Positions 1 through 9,300 of a stretch of 32,993 nucleotides of DNA are shown in pieces. Position 1 is the first letter of the stretch; every line of letters begins with the position of its first letter. The stretch covers positions 1 to 32,993 of the forward strand of contig JBJKQX010000417.1 of the NCBI GenBank assembly GCA_046704965.1, read 5' to 3'. This DNA comes from Candidatus Binataceae bacterium. Its GTDB lineage: Bacteria; Desulfobacterota; Binatia; Binatales; Binataceae. A program made the translations under genes and the position numbers. The notes beneath the pieces are model-generated. The model worked only from the letters and a program-made list of their open reading frames with translations, was not told the origin of the DNA and did not search any database.

Positions 1-84
1 TTGATGAGGTTTAGGCGAGCCTCCACGACTCGGGTCAGGCGATTGAAGTCTATAGGGCATTCTGAGCTTATGAAGGAGCCGACG

Positions 85-561
85 ATGACGCGGATGACGA
101 AACGCCGCAGAAAGACGCCGAAAGAAGAAAATCAGACATATATCTTCGAGATTGTCGCTTGGCAGCCCGAATACCTGCTTAGTGTTGACTACGATCGTTA
201 CCGACGCGGACCTTACCATGAATATGCCGACATCGGTCTCTCGACGAGTTGCGTCCATCCAAAGAATTGGGCCGGACGGCCTGCCCAGATCGTCATCATG
301 GGCGAGGAGAATTTCATGATGCCGGAAGCGCTCAAGCGCGACCCCGACTGGACGCCGAACTGCGTGGCTGCGATCTACCTTCCGCCGGCCAATGGAGATT
401 TTGCCCTTAGCGTGCCAATGGAGAGGCTGCCGTTTTTGATGACGGCCTTCTCAGTAGGAATGTTTCGCTATCTCTTGCTCTGGGGGCCGCCTCTGAAGCG
501 AAGCCGATCGATGTGCACGTCGGTTCACTTCGAACGGACGGTCGATTTTACGGAATATTGA
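85..561 (+). CDS. hypothetical protein, no recognisable domain
   Basis: The frame is open from the window edge (track ORF 1..561). The ATG at 85 is preceded by AAGGAG at 73-78 with a 6-nt spacer, so I place the start there. ATG 70, or a start off-window, cannot be excluded. No motif recognised. Confidence 0.45.
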   Translation: MTRMTKRRRKTPKEENQTYIFEIVAWQPEYLLSVDYDRYRRGPYHEYADIGLSTSCVHPKNWAGRPAQIVIMGEENFMMPEALKRDPDWTPNCVAAIYLPPANGDFALSVPMERLPFLMTAFSVGMFRYLLLWGPPLKRSRSMCTSVHFERTVDFTEY

Positions 562-714
562 AGCCATTGGCCTGTCCGGCCAACCCGGACCGGTCTCCAC
601 CCCTTCCGCGTCGCGAGGAGCGTTTTTTTCGGCCCTCCAGGGGATGATCCCTTCCTTTTGTTGACGCCAACCTTCAGCTGACCGCCTCGCCCCGGTAGAT
701 ACGCCTGGATCGGT

Positions 715-1368
715 TTATTTGATCAGATGCTCGATTTGACCATCGGCTGAAACAAACAATGCGGTAATGCCCGTCCGGCGGCACGCGAGTTCCGGTAAGC
801 GGCTCCATAATCCCCTGAACTGCTGCATGTTCGGCAACGCGATTGAGTATCCGGCTTCTGCCGCGTCCATTCGCTGCAGCAGCTCGCCGAGGGTCGAAAT
901 GAAATAGTTGACCCGCATCGGCTGGAGTGAGCCGCATCCTTTCGCTTCGATGATCCAGGTTTCCTCTCCGCGCCGCGCGATAATATCGATGCCGGGCTTG
1001 TGGCCAGAGGCCACCTCGGTCTGCCAGCCATCCGCTTCGAGCCAGGTCTGAAGCAGGCGCTTTACCTCATCTTCAGCGAGCCTGTCCGTCTCACTGCGGT
1101 CGGATGGTTCGGCCGGCGTTAGTCGAGAGGGCGATGGCACCCTGCCAGCCGGGTGGTTTCCAAGGCGGCCCTCTGCACGATGGTGGCGCATAAGCTCGCC
1201 AGCATCGACGAGGCGCCGGCACGCCTGATTTACCCGTGAAGGGTGCACACCACGGCCCAGTATAACGTTAGCGATCTCACGGTCGGTGATGCCGGGCTGC
1301 GCCGACACAAGTTTTAAAATTTGCTCTCGCATGGCGCTTGCCTTGTCATTGTTTATCCTCGTTTCCAC
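715..1368 (-). CDS. winged-helix DNA-binding domain fused to a PD-(D/E)xK (Mrr/restriction-endonuclease-like) domain
   Basis: The N-terminus (MREQILKLVSAQPGITDREIANVILG...VNQACRRLVDAGEL) looks like a wHTH. The C-terminus (KPGIDIIARRGEETWIIEAKG) gives a D...ExK nuclease core. The track start is GTG 1368; ATG 1332 (MREQIL) is an equally plausible start. Confidence 0.65.
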   Translation of the reverse strand: METRINNDKASAMREQILKLVSAQPGITDREIANVILGRGVHPSRVNQACRRLVDAGELMRHHRAEGRLGNHPAGRVPSPSRLTPAEPSDRSETDRLAEDEVKRLLQTWLEADGWQTEVASGHKPGIDIIARRGEETWIIEAKGCGSLQPMRVNYFISTLGELLQRMDAAEAGYSIALPNMQQFRGLWSRLPELACRRTGITALFVSADGQIEHLIK

Positions 1369-1756
1369 TGCAATTTTCCAAGGTCACCAACCGGCTTCAT
1401 CCTTCCGCTCTTCGTAGTCCGCAAAAATCACTCAACAAGCGCCCCCGCCACAAAAACCCGAAAACTCCGCGGAATTTCACGAGGAAACGGGCCCTCATGA
1501 GGGTCACGATCGATGCCGGTGCCGATCACTCCGCGCCACGAAAGGTCGAATTAATATCAGTCTGTTGAGCGGCACCTACGAGAGGATCATGGTTTGGCGC
1601 GCGATCGCCGCTCTCCCGGTGATGCCCTCGATCTGCACCGCGAGCCGCACCCGTTGGCGCGGGCGGGGCAGCGGCCGAATGGCGCGCCCGACCACGACCC
1701 GTGCCAGACTTTAGAGCAGCCCAGGCCGCGGAGCGTCCAACGCCCAAGGCGGGCGC

Positions 1757-2986
1757 TCAGGCAATGGGGACGGTTTTGAGGTGTATTTCGATTGCGTCGA
1801 TGATGTGTTTGGTGAGGGGCAGGTTCTTCTTCTCGCGCCGCCAGTGCTCGTAAAATGCGTCGACCGTTTCGCGCGCGGTGTCGAGAACGAGCTTCTCGGG
1901 CAACAAGGCCTTGGCGGCAAGATGCGATAGCTCGTCTTTGGAGAACTCAGAGAAACGCTTCGCGCGACTGAAATTCAGGGCCGCGTTCCGGTCCGGAATA
2001 TAGGCGATCGTCGATACAAAATCATAGGCTGGCGCCAGTACAGCCTTGCGACGGTCGGGATAGATCAGCGACCAATTCTTGATGTGCATGTCGGCATTGC
2101 CGATCAGCGTGTTGAAGGTCAACCGACGGATAAATTCGGCGATATCCCCTTCGTCGCTTTCCGCCGCGATCACATTTGCGATGTTTCGGTAGCTCGCCTT
2201 CTTGTACTTCTCGTCTGGATAGATACCGAAGACTTGCGCAAAATCCTCCATATGCACGGCACTGCCATCGCTGAGACGGTCAAAGCGTTCAATCGCGAGC
2301 GCCTGTCCTCGGAAATGATCAATCCCTCGCGGGAGATTCTTGATCGCCCGAACATCGACCAGATGCAGCGGCGGAATATCCATGCCGATCAGCCGGGCGA
2401 GAGTCATCATCGAGAATTCATTTTCCGGCACGCCGTCGAATTCACGTGAAGGAAGCTTGACGATCCAGGAGCCGCCGACGCCTCTGGCAGGGATCGTTAG
2501 CCCGCCGCTGGCTTCGTTGACGGCAGAGAATTTGAGCTGGACGCCGGCAAGCGAGAAGCGCAGCGCATTGTCGCGCCGATCATCGTCATGATGATGATCG
2601 TCATCGACATCATCATCAGCGCCCGGAGGCCAGGCTTCACCATCAGCGGGCAGGACGGTAATGGCTCCCGGCAGGTCCCTACCAAGCAGCCAGAGGAGAA
2701 AGAACTCGCGCTCGGGATTTATACCGCCCTGGTCGGCGAGATAGGTGCGCATGTGCCCTTCGGGCAGGAGATTCGAAAAAAACGGCAGCAGCTTTGTCTG
2801 CGTCGGCCTGAATTCCGTAATCAGCGCGCCAAGCCGGTCTTTGAACCCCAGTCCGAGGGTGGGACGGTTTACATCCGCGATATAAGCCTCATTGAATGAA
2901 AACAGTATGCGGTCCCCGGCAACGCGCGTCAGCGTGCCGATGGGTTGGCCGTACAGCAAGACATTGAGGACGGACACATCAGCCAT
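1757..2986 (-). CDS. hipA: type II toxin HipA-family Ser/Thr kinase
   Basis: P-loop-like FSLAGVQLKFS, catalytic-loop GNADMHIKNWS (D-x-H-x-K-N) and Mg-binding APAYDFVST. The ATG at 2986 is preceded by AGGAGG (2993-2998, 6-nt spacer) and overlaps the hipB stop as ATGGCTGA. The track ORF extends to 3001. Confidence 0.9.
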   Translation of the reverse strand: MADVSVLNVLLYGQPIGTLTRVAGDRILFSFNEAYIADVNRPTLGLGFKDRLGALITEFRPTQTKLLPFFSNLLPEGHMRTYLADQGGINPEREFFLLWLLGRDLPGAITVLPADGEAWPPGADDDVDDDHHHDDDRRDNALRFSLAGVQLKFSAVNEASGGLTIPARGVGGSWIVKLPSREFDGVPENEFSMMTLARLIGMDIPPLHLVDVRAIKNLPRGIDHFRGQALAIERFDRLSDGSAVHMEDFAQVFGIYPDEKYKKASYRNIANVIAAESDEGDIAEFIRRLTFNTLIGNADMHIKNWSLIYPDRRKAVLAPAYDFVSTIAYIPDRNAALNFSRAKRFSEFSKDELSHLAAKALLPEKLVLDTARETVDAFYEHWRREKKNLPLTKHIIDAIEIHLKTVPIA

Positions 2987-3587
2987 CGCCGTCCTCCTCA
3001 TCGAGGCTATAGGCGGGCCGCACGGTTTCTATTTTCGGCGGGCGCGCAGAAGCGTGCGCAAGCGCGTTGCGCATGTCTCGAACCTGAGAGGCGACTTGAC
3101 GGATAGCCTCCTGGCTTTGTTTGTCGCCGTGCAGGTTCTGCAGCGTCATTCGGGCTTCACGAATGGATTTCAGGATCGTGTCATCAATTCGAAAATTCTG
3201 AAGGTCCTTTAGCTGACGCTGAAGTTGGGCAAGCTCGGTGGTCACGTGTCGCCTCTTGGCAAGTTCCGCAACAGCCTGCTGTATGCGACCTAACTCTTTA
3301 ACCGCCCGGCTCGCCGCAGCGGTGTCCGACGACGCGCCGGCTGCACTGCCGCGGACAATCGACTGAACCGCCGACACGGTCTTGCGCGGCACGAGTTCCA
3401 GTTCCAGATCGAGGACGCGCGCAAGCGCGATCAGGCTCGAAAGCCGGAGATCGACCGCGCCGCTCTCGATCTTCGAGATGTGGCTTTGCGGCACCCCCGC
3501 CTTCTTGCTCAGCGCGCGCTGGCTCAGCCCTTTGCCTTCACGGGCCTCCTTCAGCAGCCCGGCGATCTGTTCACTCACGTAGCTCAC
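2979..3587 (-). CDS. hipB: XRE-family HTH antitoxin (HipB-like) with a long C-terminal helical extension
   Basis: The N-terminal LSQRALSKKAGVPQSHISKIESGAVDLRLSSLIALARVL is a classic XRE/Cro HTH. The gene lies immediately upstream of hipA and overlaps it. GTG start at 3587 with no obvious SD, so the start is uncertain by a few codons. Confidence 0.85.
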   Translation of the reverse strand: MSYVSEQIAGLLKEAREGKGLSQRALSKKAGVPQSHISKIESGAVDLRLSSLIALARVLDLELELVPRKTVSAVQSIVRGSAAGASSDTAAASRAVKELGRIQQAVAELAKRRHVTTELAQLQRQLKDLQNFRIDDTILKSIREARMTLQNLHGDKQSQEAIRQVASQVRDMRNALAHASARPPKIETVRPAYSLDEEDGDG

Positions 3588-3640
3588 TTGATATGTTTTT
3601 CCATATCAATCTTGGAAATTGATATGCTTATATATATCGA
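3588..3640. promoter_or_regulatory. two tandem palindromic operator candidates for HipB
   Basis: Operator 1 is TTGATATG(3588-3595)-N6-CATATCAA(3602-3609), a perfect 8-bp inverted repeat. Operator 2 is TTGATATG(3619-3626)-N6-TATATCGA(3633-3640), with 6 of 8 positions matching. Their centres are about 31 bp apart, and operator 2 overlaps the predicted -10. Confidence 0.6.
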
Positions 3641-3659
3641 CGTTATTGGCCAGCGTCAA
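3631..3659 (-). promoter_or_regulatory. sigma70-like promoter of hipBA
   Basis: On the minus strand the region reads TTGACG (plus coordinates 3654-3659), a 17-nt spacer, then TATATA (3631-3636). Confidence 0.55.
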
Positions 3660-3674
3660 ATATTGATTTATTAT
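3646..3674 (+). promoter_or_regulatory. candidate divergent plus-strand promoter
   Basis: TTGGCC (3646-3651), a 17-nt spacer, then TATTAT (3669-3674). It sits back-to-back with the hipBA promoter. No protein gene follows, only the hairpin/U-tract elements at 3927-4171. Confidence 0.3.
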
Positions 3675-3926
3675 TATATATAGTTCTCACGAAACGATCT
3701 ATTAAACTAGATCATATTTCCCGCCCCCTCTAAAGTCCCGACGCAATGCCTTGCCGGGCGTTGGTGACCCGCTGCGAACCGACACTCGGCCGGAAACCTT
3801 CCTTTGAGCCTTCATAAAACAGTCACTGACCGTCACTAATCTGGCTCGCAGGGAGAACCGGCGCCTCGGGGCACGCGACCTCCCCTCGTCTTGTGATTCC
3901 CCCAGAACCAGCTGCGTCACGATCTC

Positions 3927-3953
3927 GCCCGGCTCAGGCCGGGCTTTTCTTTT
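3927..3953 (+). terminator. Rho-independent terminator-like hairpin 1
   Basis: Stem GCCCGGC (3927-3933), loop TCAG, stem GCCGGGC (3938-3944), followed by TTTTCTTTT. Confidence 0.55.
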
Positions 3954-4017
3954 GTCTGCAGGAACGCAGCACCCCTGGCCGTGGATGGCATTAAACGTCG
4001 CTCTTCCGGAGCGCTCT

Positions 4018-4051
4018 GCCCCGCCCTAGCCGGCGGGGCTTTTCTGCTTTT
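4018..4051 (+). terminator. Rho-independent terminator-like hairpin 2
   Basis: Stem GCCCCGCC (4018-4025), loop CTAGCC, stem GGCGGGGC (4032-4039), followed by TTTTCTGCTTTT. Confidence 0.55.
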
Positions 4052-4144
4052 GTCCCGTACCGTCAGGGGGGATATGCTTCGTGCCACAACAGGGCGGGGA
4101 CGGGACGACGGAGCACCGAACCTTGCCGGAGGTCCACTGCTATA

Positions 4145-4171
4145 GCCCCGGACAGGGAACGGGGCTTTTTT
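4145..4171 (+). terminator. Rho-independent terminator-like hairpin 3
   Basis: Stem GCCCCG (4145-4150), 9-nt loop, stem CGGGGC (4160-4165), followed by TTTTTT. Confidence 0.55.
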
Positions 4172-4671
4172 CTAGATGGTGTGTCGCCGCCACGCCGTGC
4201 TGGGCAATGACATCGGAACGGAGAAAACGTCCGCTTCTCTGATCCCCGCGATGATCGCGATGACCGCGACAGGGAGTAAGCCGGCCTTCGCGGCGCGGTT
4301 GGTTGAACGCCTCACCGCAGTTCGGGCGATGAGGCGGCCAATGTCCCGTAAGGCAGAAAGCGGCCGTTCGGGACCCGCAAGGGGCACGCGGCGCGGCAAG
4401 CGGTGCGAGCGCGACGCCGTGAATGAGATGTCCTACCCCATCGCAGATATTTAGCCGCCAGCGGCCAATATTGTTGCCAGATCCAAGAGTGGAAAAATTG
4501 CATTTGGGCTTTGGCGTTCGATCTCTACCGCGCCAATATCATTGACGGGAAAAACTCAACAAAAACAGCATGAAGCGCCGTGTGTGCCGAAGGATATAGT
4601 CTACTGCTGCCAATCGCGTGCAGATTATTTATGATCCTAATCCCGCAATTAGACATTGCAATGAGGCCGTT

Positions 4672-6315
4672 ATGGCGGAAGTTGCGCAAAAGTTTGTGAC
4701 CACCGCTCCGAGGGGCAATTCGGACGCCCAAGGTGTAGTGGCAGAACACTTCGCCAACGAGATCGTCTTCGCCGTCGTTGGCCACGTGGGTTCCGGAAAT
4801 ACAAAGGTCGCCGAGGAGCTGAGAGACATTCTCCTCAATCAAAAGATTGGCAATCAAGCATTTTCAGTTGCCATTATTAAGGCACGCAAAGTGATAGAAG
4901 AGAGGATGAAGCTACTCGGCACTCCGATTATTGCCGGCCAAGGCAAAACACTGGCCGACGTGATCAAGTATCAGGATGCTGGGGATAAGCTGCGCGAAAA
5001 AGATCATTCAGCAGTTGCGCTGGGGGCGGTTGCGCTCATCCGCAAAGAGCGGGCGAATTGGCAGGGCACCATTGTCGAGCAGGAGAAGCCCGTTGTGCCT
5101 GATGGAAAGCCCCGGGCCTTCATAATTGATTCGTTGCGTCACCCTGCCGAAGTTGGCCTGCTAAGGCGTATCTATGGTGATGGTTTCGTCCTCATTGGGG
5201 TGGTCTGCGAGCAGGAAGAGCGCAGAAAGCGCATATCGGAGAAATACGAGGACGCGGGCAATGCCGCCGCCGAGCGCTTCATGAGGCGTGACTCCAAGGC
5301 CCCTCAGAAGCATGGTCAACGTGTGTCTGACGCGTTTCATCTGTCTGATTTCTTCGTGGATAACACTGCGAAACGTATTTTGGAGGACGGTAGGGCAAAT
5401 AGTGAATGGGGAGTGACGGAGGACCTAGAGCGGCTCGTCCAGTTAGTGACGCACGCGGAAATCGCTCGGCCTACTACATCCGAAAGCGCCATGCATGTAG
5501 CAGCGGGGGCGGCAATGAGAAGTGCCTGCTTGTCGCGTCAGGTCGGCGCGGCCCTGGTCGATGCCGAGGGTAACGTAATTGCCACCGGCACCAATGAAGT
5601 GCCGAAGGCAGGCGGCGGTGTATATGGCCAAGGCTTCGAAGAGTTGCACGACCAAAGATGCGCTTACCGCAACAAGTTTTGCAGCAACACGCAAGAGCAG
5701 AAAAAAATCGCCGAGGAAGTTCTACTGGAAATCCTTGGCGAGGATGACGCCCGCATGAAGGACAGGAGTCAACGCGCCGATTTGATGGACATTCTTGCAG
5801 ATGGGCGAATCGGCGATCTCCTTGAGTTTAGCCGCGCGGTACATGCTGAAATGGATGCGCTGCTAAGCGCTGGACGAAAAGGGGCAAGCACCATCGGCAC
5901 CAGGCTTTTCGTCACCACTTTTCCGTGCCACTACTGTGCGCGACACATTGTCTCCGCTGGTGTAGATGAGGTACAATTTATTGAGCCCTATCCGAAGAGC
6001 CAGGCGCTAACTCTTCACAAGGATTCCATCCAATTCGAAAAGGGAACCACGGCGTGGGTCGCGCCGAGCGATCACACCTATTGGCACAACACGAAAGACC
6101 AGGAGAGGACGGGCGCGCCTCGAGTACTGTTCCGGCCATTCACAGGTGTAGCACCTAGGATGTATAGACGGGCCTTTCAGAAAGATCGCGAGCTCAAAAA
6201 CGCGAAGTCTGGCGAAATTTCGATACAAGAACCGGATTGGGGAACGCCTTACGACCTCTCGAAGAAAAGCTATGCAGAGCTAGAAGCTGCCCTGACTAAG
6301 GATATTCCGGCGTGA
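4672..6315 (+). CDS. P-loop nucleotide-kinase-like domain fused to a zinc cytidine/deoxycytidylate deaminase domain (DcdV/AvcD-type anti-phage dCTP deaminase architecture)
   Basis: The N-domain has VVGHVGSGNTKV (Walker-A-like, with Asn where the Lys is expected) and IIDSLRHPAEVGLLRRIYGDGFVLIGVVCEQEERRKRI. The C-domain has the HAEMDAL...(24 aa)...PCHYC zinc-deaminase signature. The ATG at 4672 follows GAGG (4663-4666); the track ORF begins at GTG 4618. Confidence 0.85.
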   Translation: MAEVAQKFVTTAPRGNSDAQGVVAEHFANEIVFAVVGHVGSGNTKVAEELRDILLNQKIGNQAFSVAIIKARKVIEERMKLLGTPIIAGQGKTLADVIKYQDAGDKLREKDHSAVALGAVALIRKERANWQGTIVEQEKPVVPDGKPRAFIIDSLRHPAEVGLLRRIYGDGFVLIGVVCEQEERRKRISEKYEDAGNAAAERFMRRDSKAPQKHGQRVSDAFHLSDFFVDNTAKRILEDGRANSEWGVTEDLERLVQLVTHAEIARPTTSESAMHVAAGAAMRSACLSRQVGAALVDAEGNVIATGTNEVPKAGGGVYGQGFEELHDQRCAYRNKFCSNTQEQKKIAEEVLLEILGEDDARMKDRSQRADLMDILADGRIGDLLEFSRAVHAEMDALLSAGRKGASTIGTRLFVTTFPCHYCARHIVSAGVDEVQFIEPYPKSQALTLHKDSIQFEKGTTAWVAPSDHTYWHNTKDQERTGAPRVLFRPFTGVAPRMYRRAFQKDRELKNAKSGEISIQEPDWGTPYDLSKKSYAELEAALTKDIPA

Positions 6316-9300
6316 CAGGTTCACAACGTCCCTATCTCCGCGTTGTCAGCTCGGCGCATCAAAAGACACAAGACGCTCCACAGCAGACGGCTGCGATGGC
6401 AGCATCCGGCACTCTTCGGCAGCCGATGCTATTTTCCGATGCTTCCCTTCACACGCTCGCATTCATCAAGGCGGGTGAGTTGGACGCAGATAAGTTCTCT
6501 AGCCTAATAAGAGAGGCGAAGCCGCTGGTTGTCTTTGATCTCCGGTCCATTCCTAGCTTCGCTCGGAGAACCCTTAGTCGAAAGGCCGTCTTCTCTCTTT
6601 TCCAGGAGAACGGAGTCGAATACTTCGACGTCGCTGGTACGCTCGGTGTATCTGGCGGACGCGATGGGCTCCTAAACCCCGCGCTGTTGATCAATGCGTT
6701 GCAGATTAGCGTGTTGAGACACGCCAGGGGTCTCATTGGTCCGGTCTTCTTTTTCGTTAACGATGATCTCTTTTACGACGACTACTTCTCGGCTGTTGCG
6801 GAGCAACTACCACACCAAGATGGTCGGGGCTGGGAGATCGCTTGCTGGCCAAACGAGCAGGCGTCAAAGAGTGTCGTTGAGCGTGACCTTGTTTTCATTA
6901 GCCATGCTAATCCTGAGGACAACGAGGTCGCGCGCTGGTTGGTATCCCGACTGGCGGCGAGGGGCTATCAAGTGTGGTCTGACATTACGCGCCTCCTTGG
7001 TGGTGAATTTTTCTGGGACACCATTGAAGACGCAATCCGAAAAAAGGCAGCTAAGGTCATTGTGATCCTATCCCGGCGTGGTCAGCTCAAGCCAGGCCTG
7101 TTGGATGAGGTGAATATCGCTATCTCAACGGAACGCAGTGAGGGGTTGAATAGATTCGTGCTTCCAGTTCGGGTAGACGATCTGCCTTTCGCGGACATCC
7201 GTGCAAACCTTGCCCGAAAGAACGTAATTGATGGCCGCGCCAACCTAGCGGAGGCGCTGTCTCGAATCTTAGCAATTTTGAGAGAGGATAAAGTTCCTCG
7301 CGCAGGCGATGATTCTGGCACACCGTTGCCGGATATTCGTCTGACTACGCCTCAAGCTGTGGACACAAGTGAATGGAATGTCCTATTCGAGAATAAAATT
7401 GAGGTTCTGGCGTGGCCGCGTGTCATCAGGAAATTTCGATCCACTCGCACGACGTTTCCGTTCGCGACGCATTCCGCTACCGACGGAGTAGTCACTTTTG
7501 AGGACTGGGATGTCATCGGGGCTGCACTTGGCGCTTCCGTGGCTAAAGCAGGTGAAGTCACCTTTGAACTAGGCGAAAATTGGGGCGCGCTTGATCTCGT
7601 CTTTGCTAACCGCGCAGAGGCTCGACGGGCAGCCTCAAATCTCCTGAGACAGGCATGGGACAGCATGTGCCAGAATCGTGGGTTCTCGCGCTTTGTGCTG
7701 GCAAACAACTTGTCCTGTTGGTTTTTGCCGAACGGATTTCAGAACGGAAATCGAGTTGGTTACTTGGACCCGAAAGGCGTCCAGCGGCAGAAAATCCTCG
7801 TCGGACGCAGCTCGCGTCGAAGAGTCTTTTGGCATTTTGCAATTGAGGCACGTGCTAGCTCGATTGATAGTTCCATACGCGTCGTTCCCCATGTCCTATT
7901 CTCTGAAGACGGCGAGACACCAATCCCCTCTCATGATCGTCAACACGCACTTCGGCGGGGATTCTGCAGGAACTGGTGGAATGCTCGGTGGCGTGATCTT
8001 CTCGCGGCCACGTTAAGCTACATGTCAGAGGGTCGTGACACTCTAGGTCTTCCTGTTTCACAGCGAGCCATTATCGAAGTTTCCGCTCGCCTAAAGGCTC
8101 ATGTTACCGAACCATCTGGTGAGCAACCGGGAACTGACATTTCCCGCAACGTTATTCGGTTCGAGGAACCCAAGGTGGTGGTTGGTTATGGGCAGACTGA
8201 TGATTATCCCAAAGAAGGACTGCTCCTGTTTGGGCCTGTACCGTTCGAAAGGAATCCGAAGAACATCAAAGCTGGTGTCATCGGCACAACGGAAGGAATT
8301 GCGCTGTACCGCGCATGGAGCACTCAATTCAATAGTTTCCAAGCCGATCCTGGCGCGAGTAGAAACTCTGTGCCATTTCCAGGCTTTGAGGCAGTCTTCG
8401 GGGCAAAATGGGATGTGAATCCGATCCACTCAATCGCTTTGTCGCGTACCGATTTAATCAACTCGATCCTTCTAGAGGATCGTCATCAAGCAATCTTCAA
8501 GTCCACCGGAATGTACGTTGACCAGATCACAAAGGCTATTCGCGAAGATGACGTTGATGTTGACATATGGTTTGTCGTCATTCCTGATGAGGTATTTGTT
8601 TACGGTCGCCCAGTGTCGCGCGTTCCTAGCGCTATTGCAATCGCGACACCAGGGGCGATGGGCCGTAATGTCGCGCGGCGGTTCTTAAATTCATCTCCCT
8701 CGCTGTTTCCGGAGGACAATGCGGAAGCGGAGATCTATGATTATCATTTGGATTTTCATCATCAATTAAAAGCTCGCTTATTGGATGTTCAAGCCGTCAC
8801 ACAAATCTTGCGAGAGTCTTCGCTCGTTACCATGACTGGTGCATCTGAACCAGAGCTGCTTGTTAGCGCCGAGCTGTGCTCTAAGCATGAAGAGTTAGAC
8901 GATATAGAGGAAATCGGTGACAAAGTAGCCAAACCTAGTCCAGACGAGGTGGAGGTCTTTGAGGAAGATTTATATGAGTATAATGCAGAAACGCGAAACG
9001 TTCGTGTTGAGTCGGGTCCAAATGCTTTTGGCACACATTTCGTCGTAAATCGGCGCATGCAGGATAAGGCAAGTGTTGCGTGGAACCTCTCTACAACCAC
9101 CTTCTTTAAGGCAGGCGGCCGCCCGTGGAGGGTAGCTAACGCGCGACAGGGGGTTTGCTATATTGGATTAATATTCAAGCGTGAGCCGGGCCTGCGATCG
9201 CGACAGTCCTGCTGCGGTGCCCAGATGTTTCTCCAGGATAGTGACGGTATAGTATTCAAGGGAGCTATGGGTCCCTGGTACTCTCCAGACACCGGCCAAT

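Noticed and set aside
4172-4454. A GC-rich antisense ORF pair (4176..4454 plus strand, 4172..4399 minus strand with a TTG start). They share third-codon positions, with about 75% G/C at those positions by my hand count, and show a TM-like LLPVAVIAIIAGI segment.
   Set aside because: The GC3 bias hints at present or past coding capacity in one of the two frames. Neither has an SD or a recognisable motif, and one uses TTG. It may be a decayed gene remnant, but I cannot support it as a feature.
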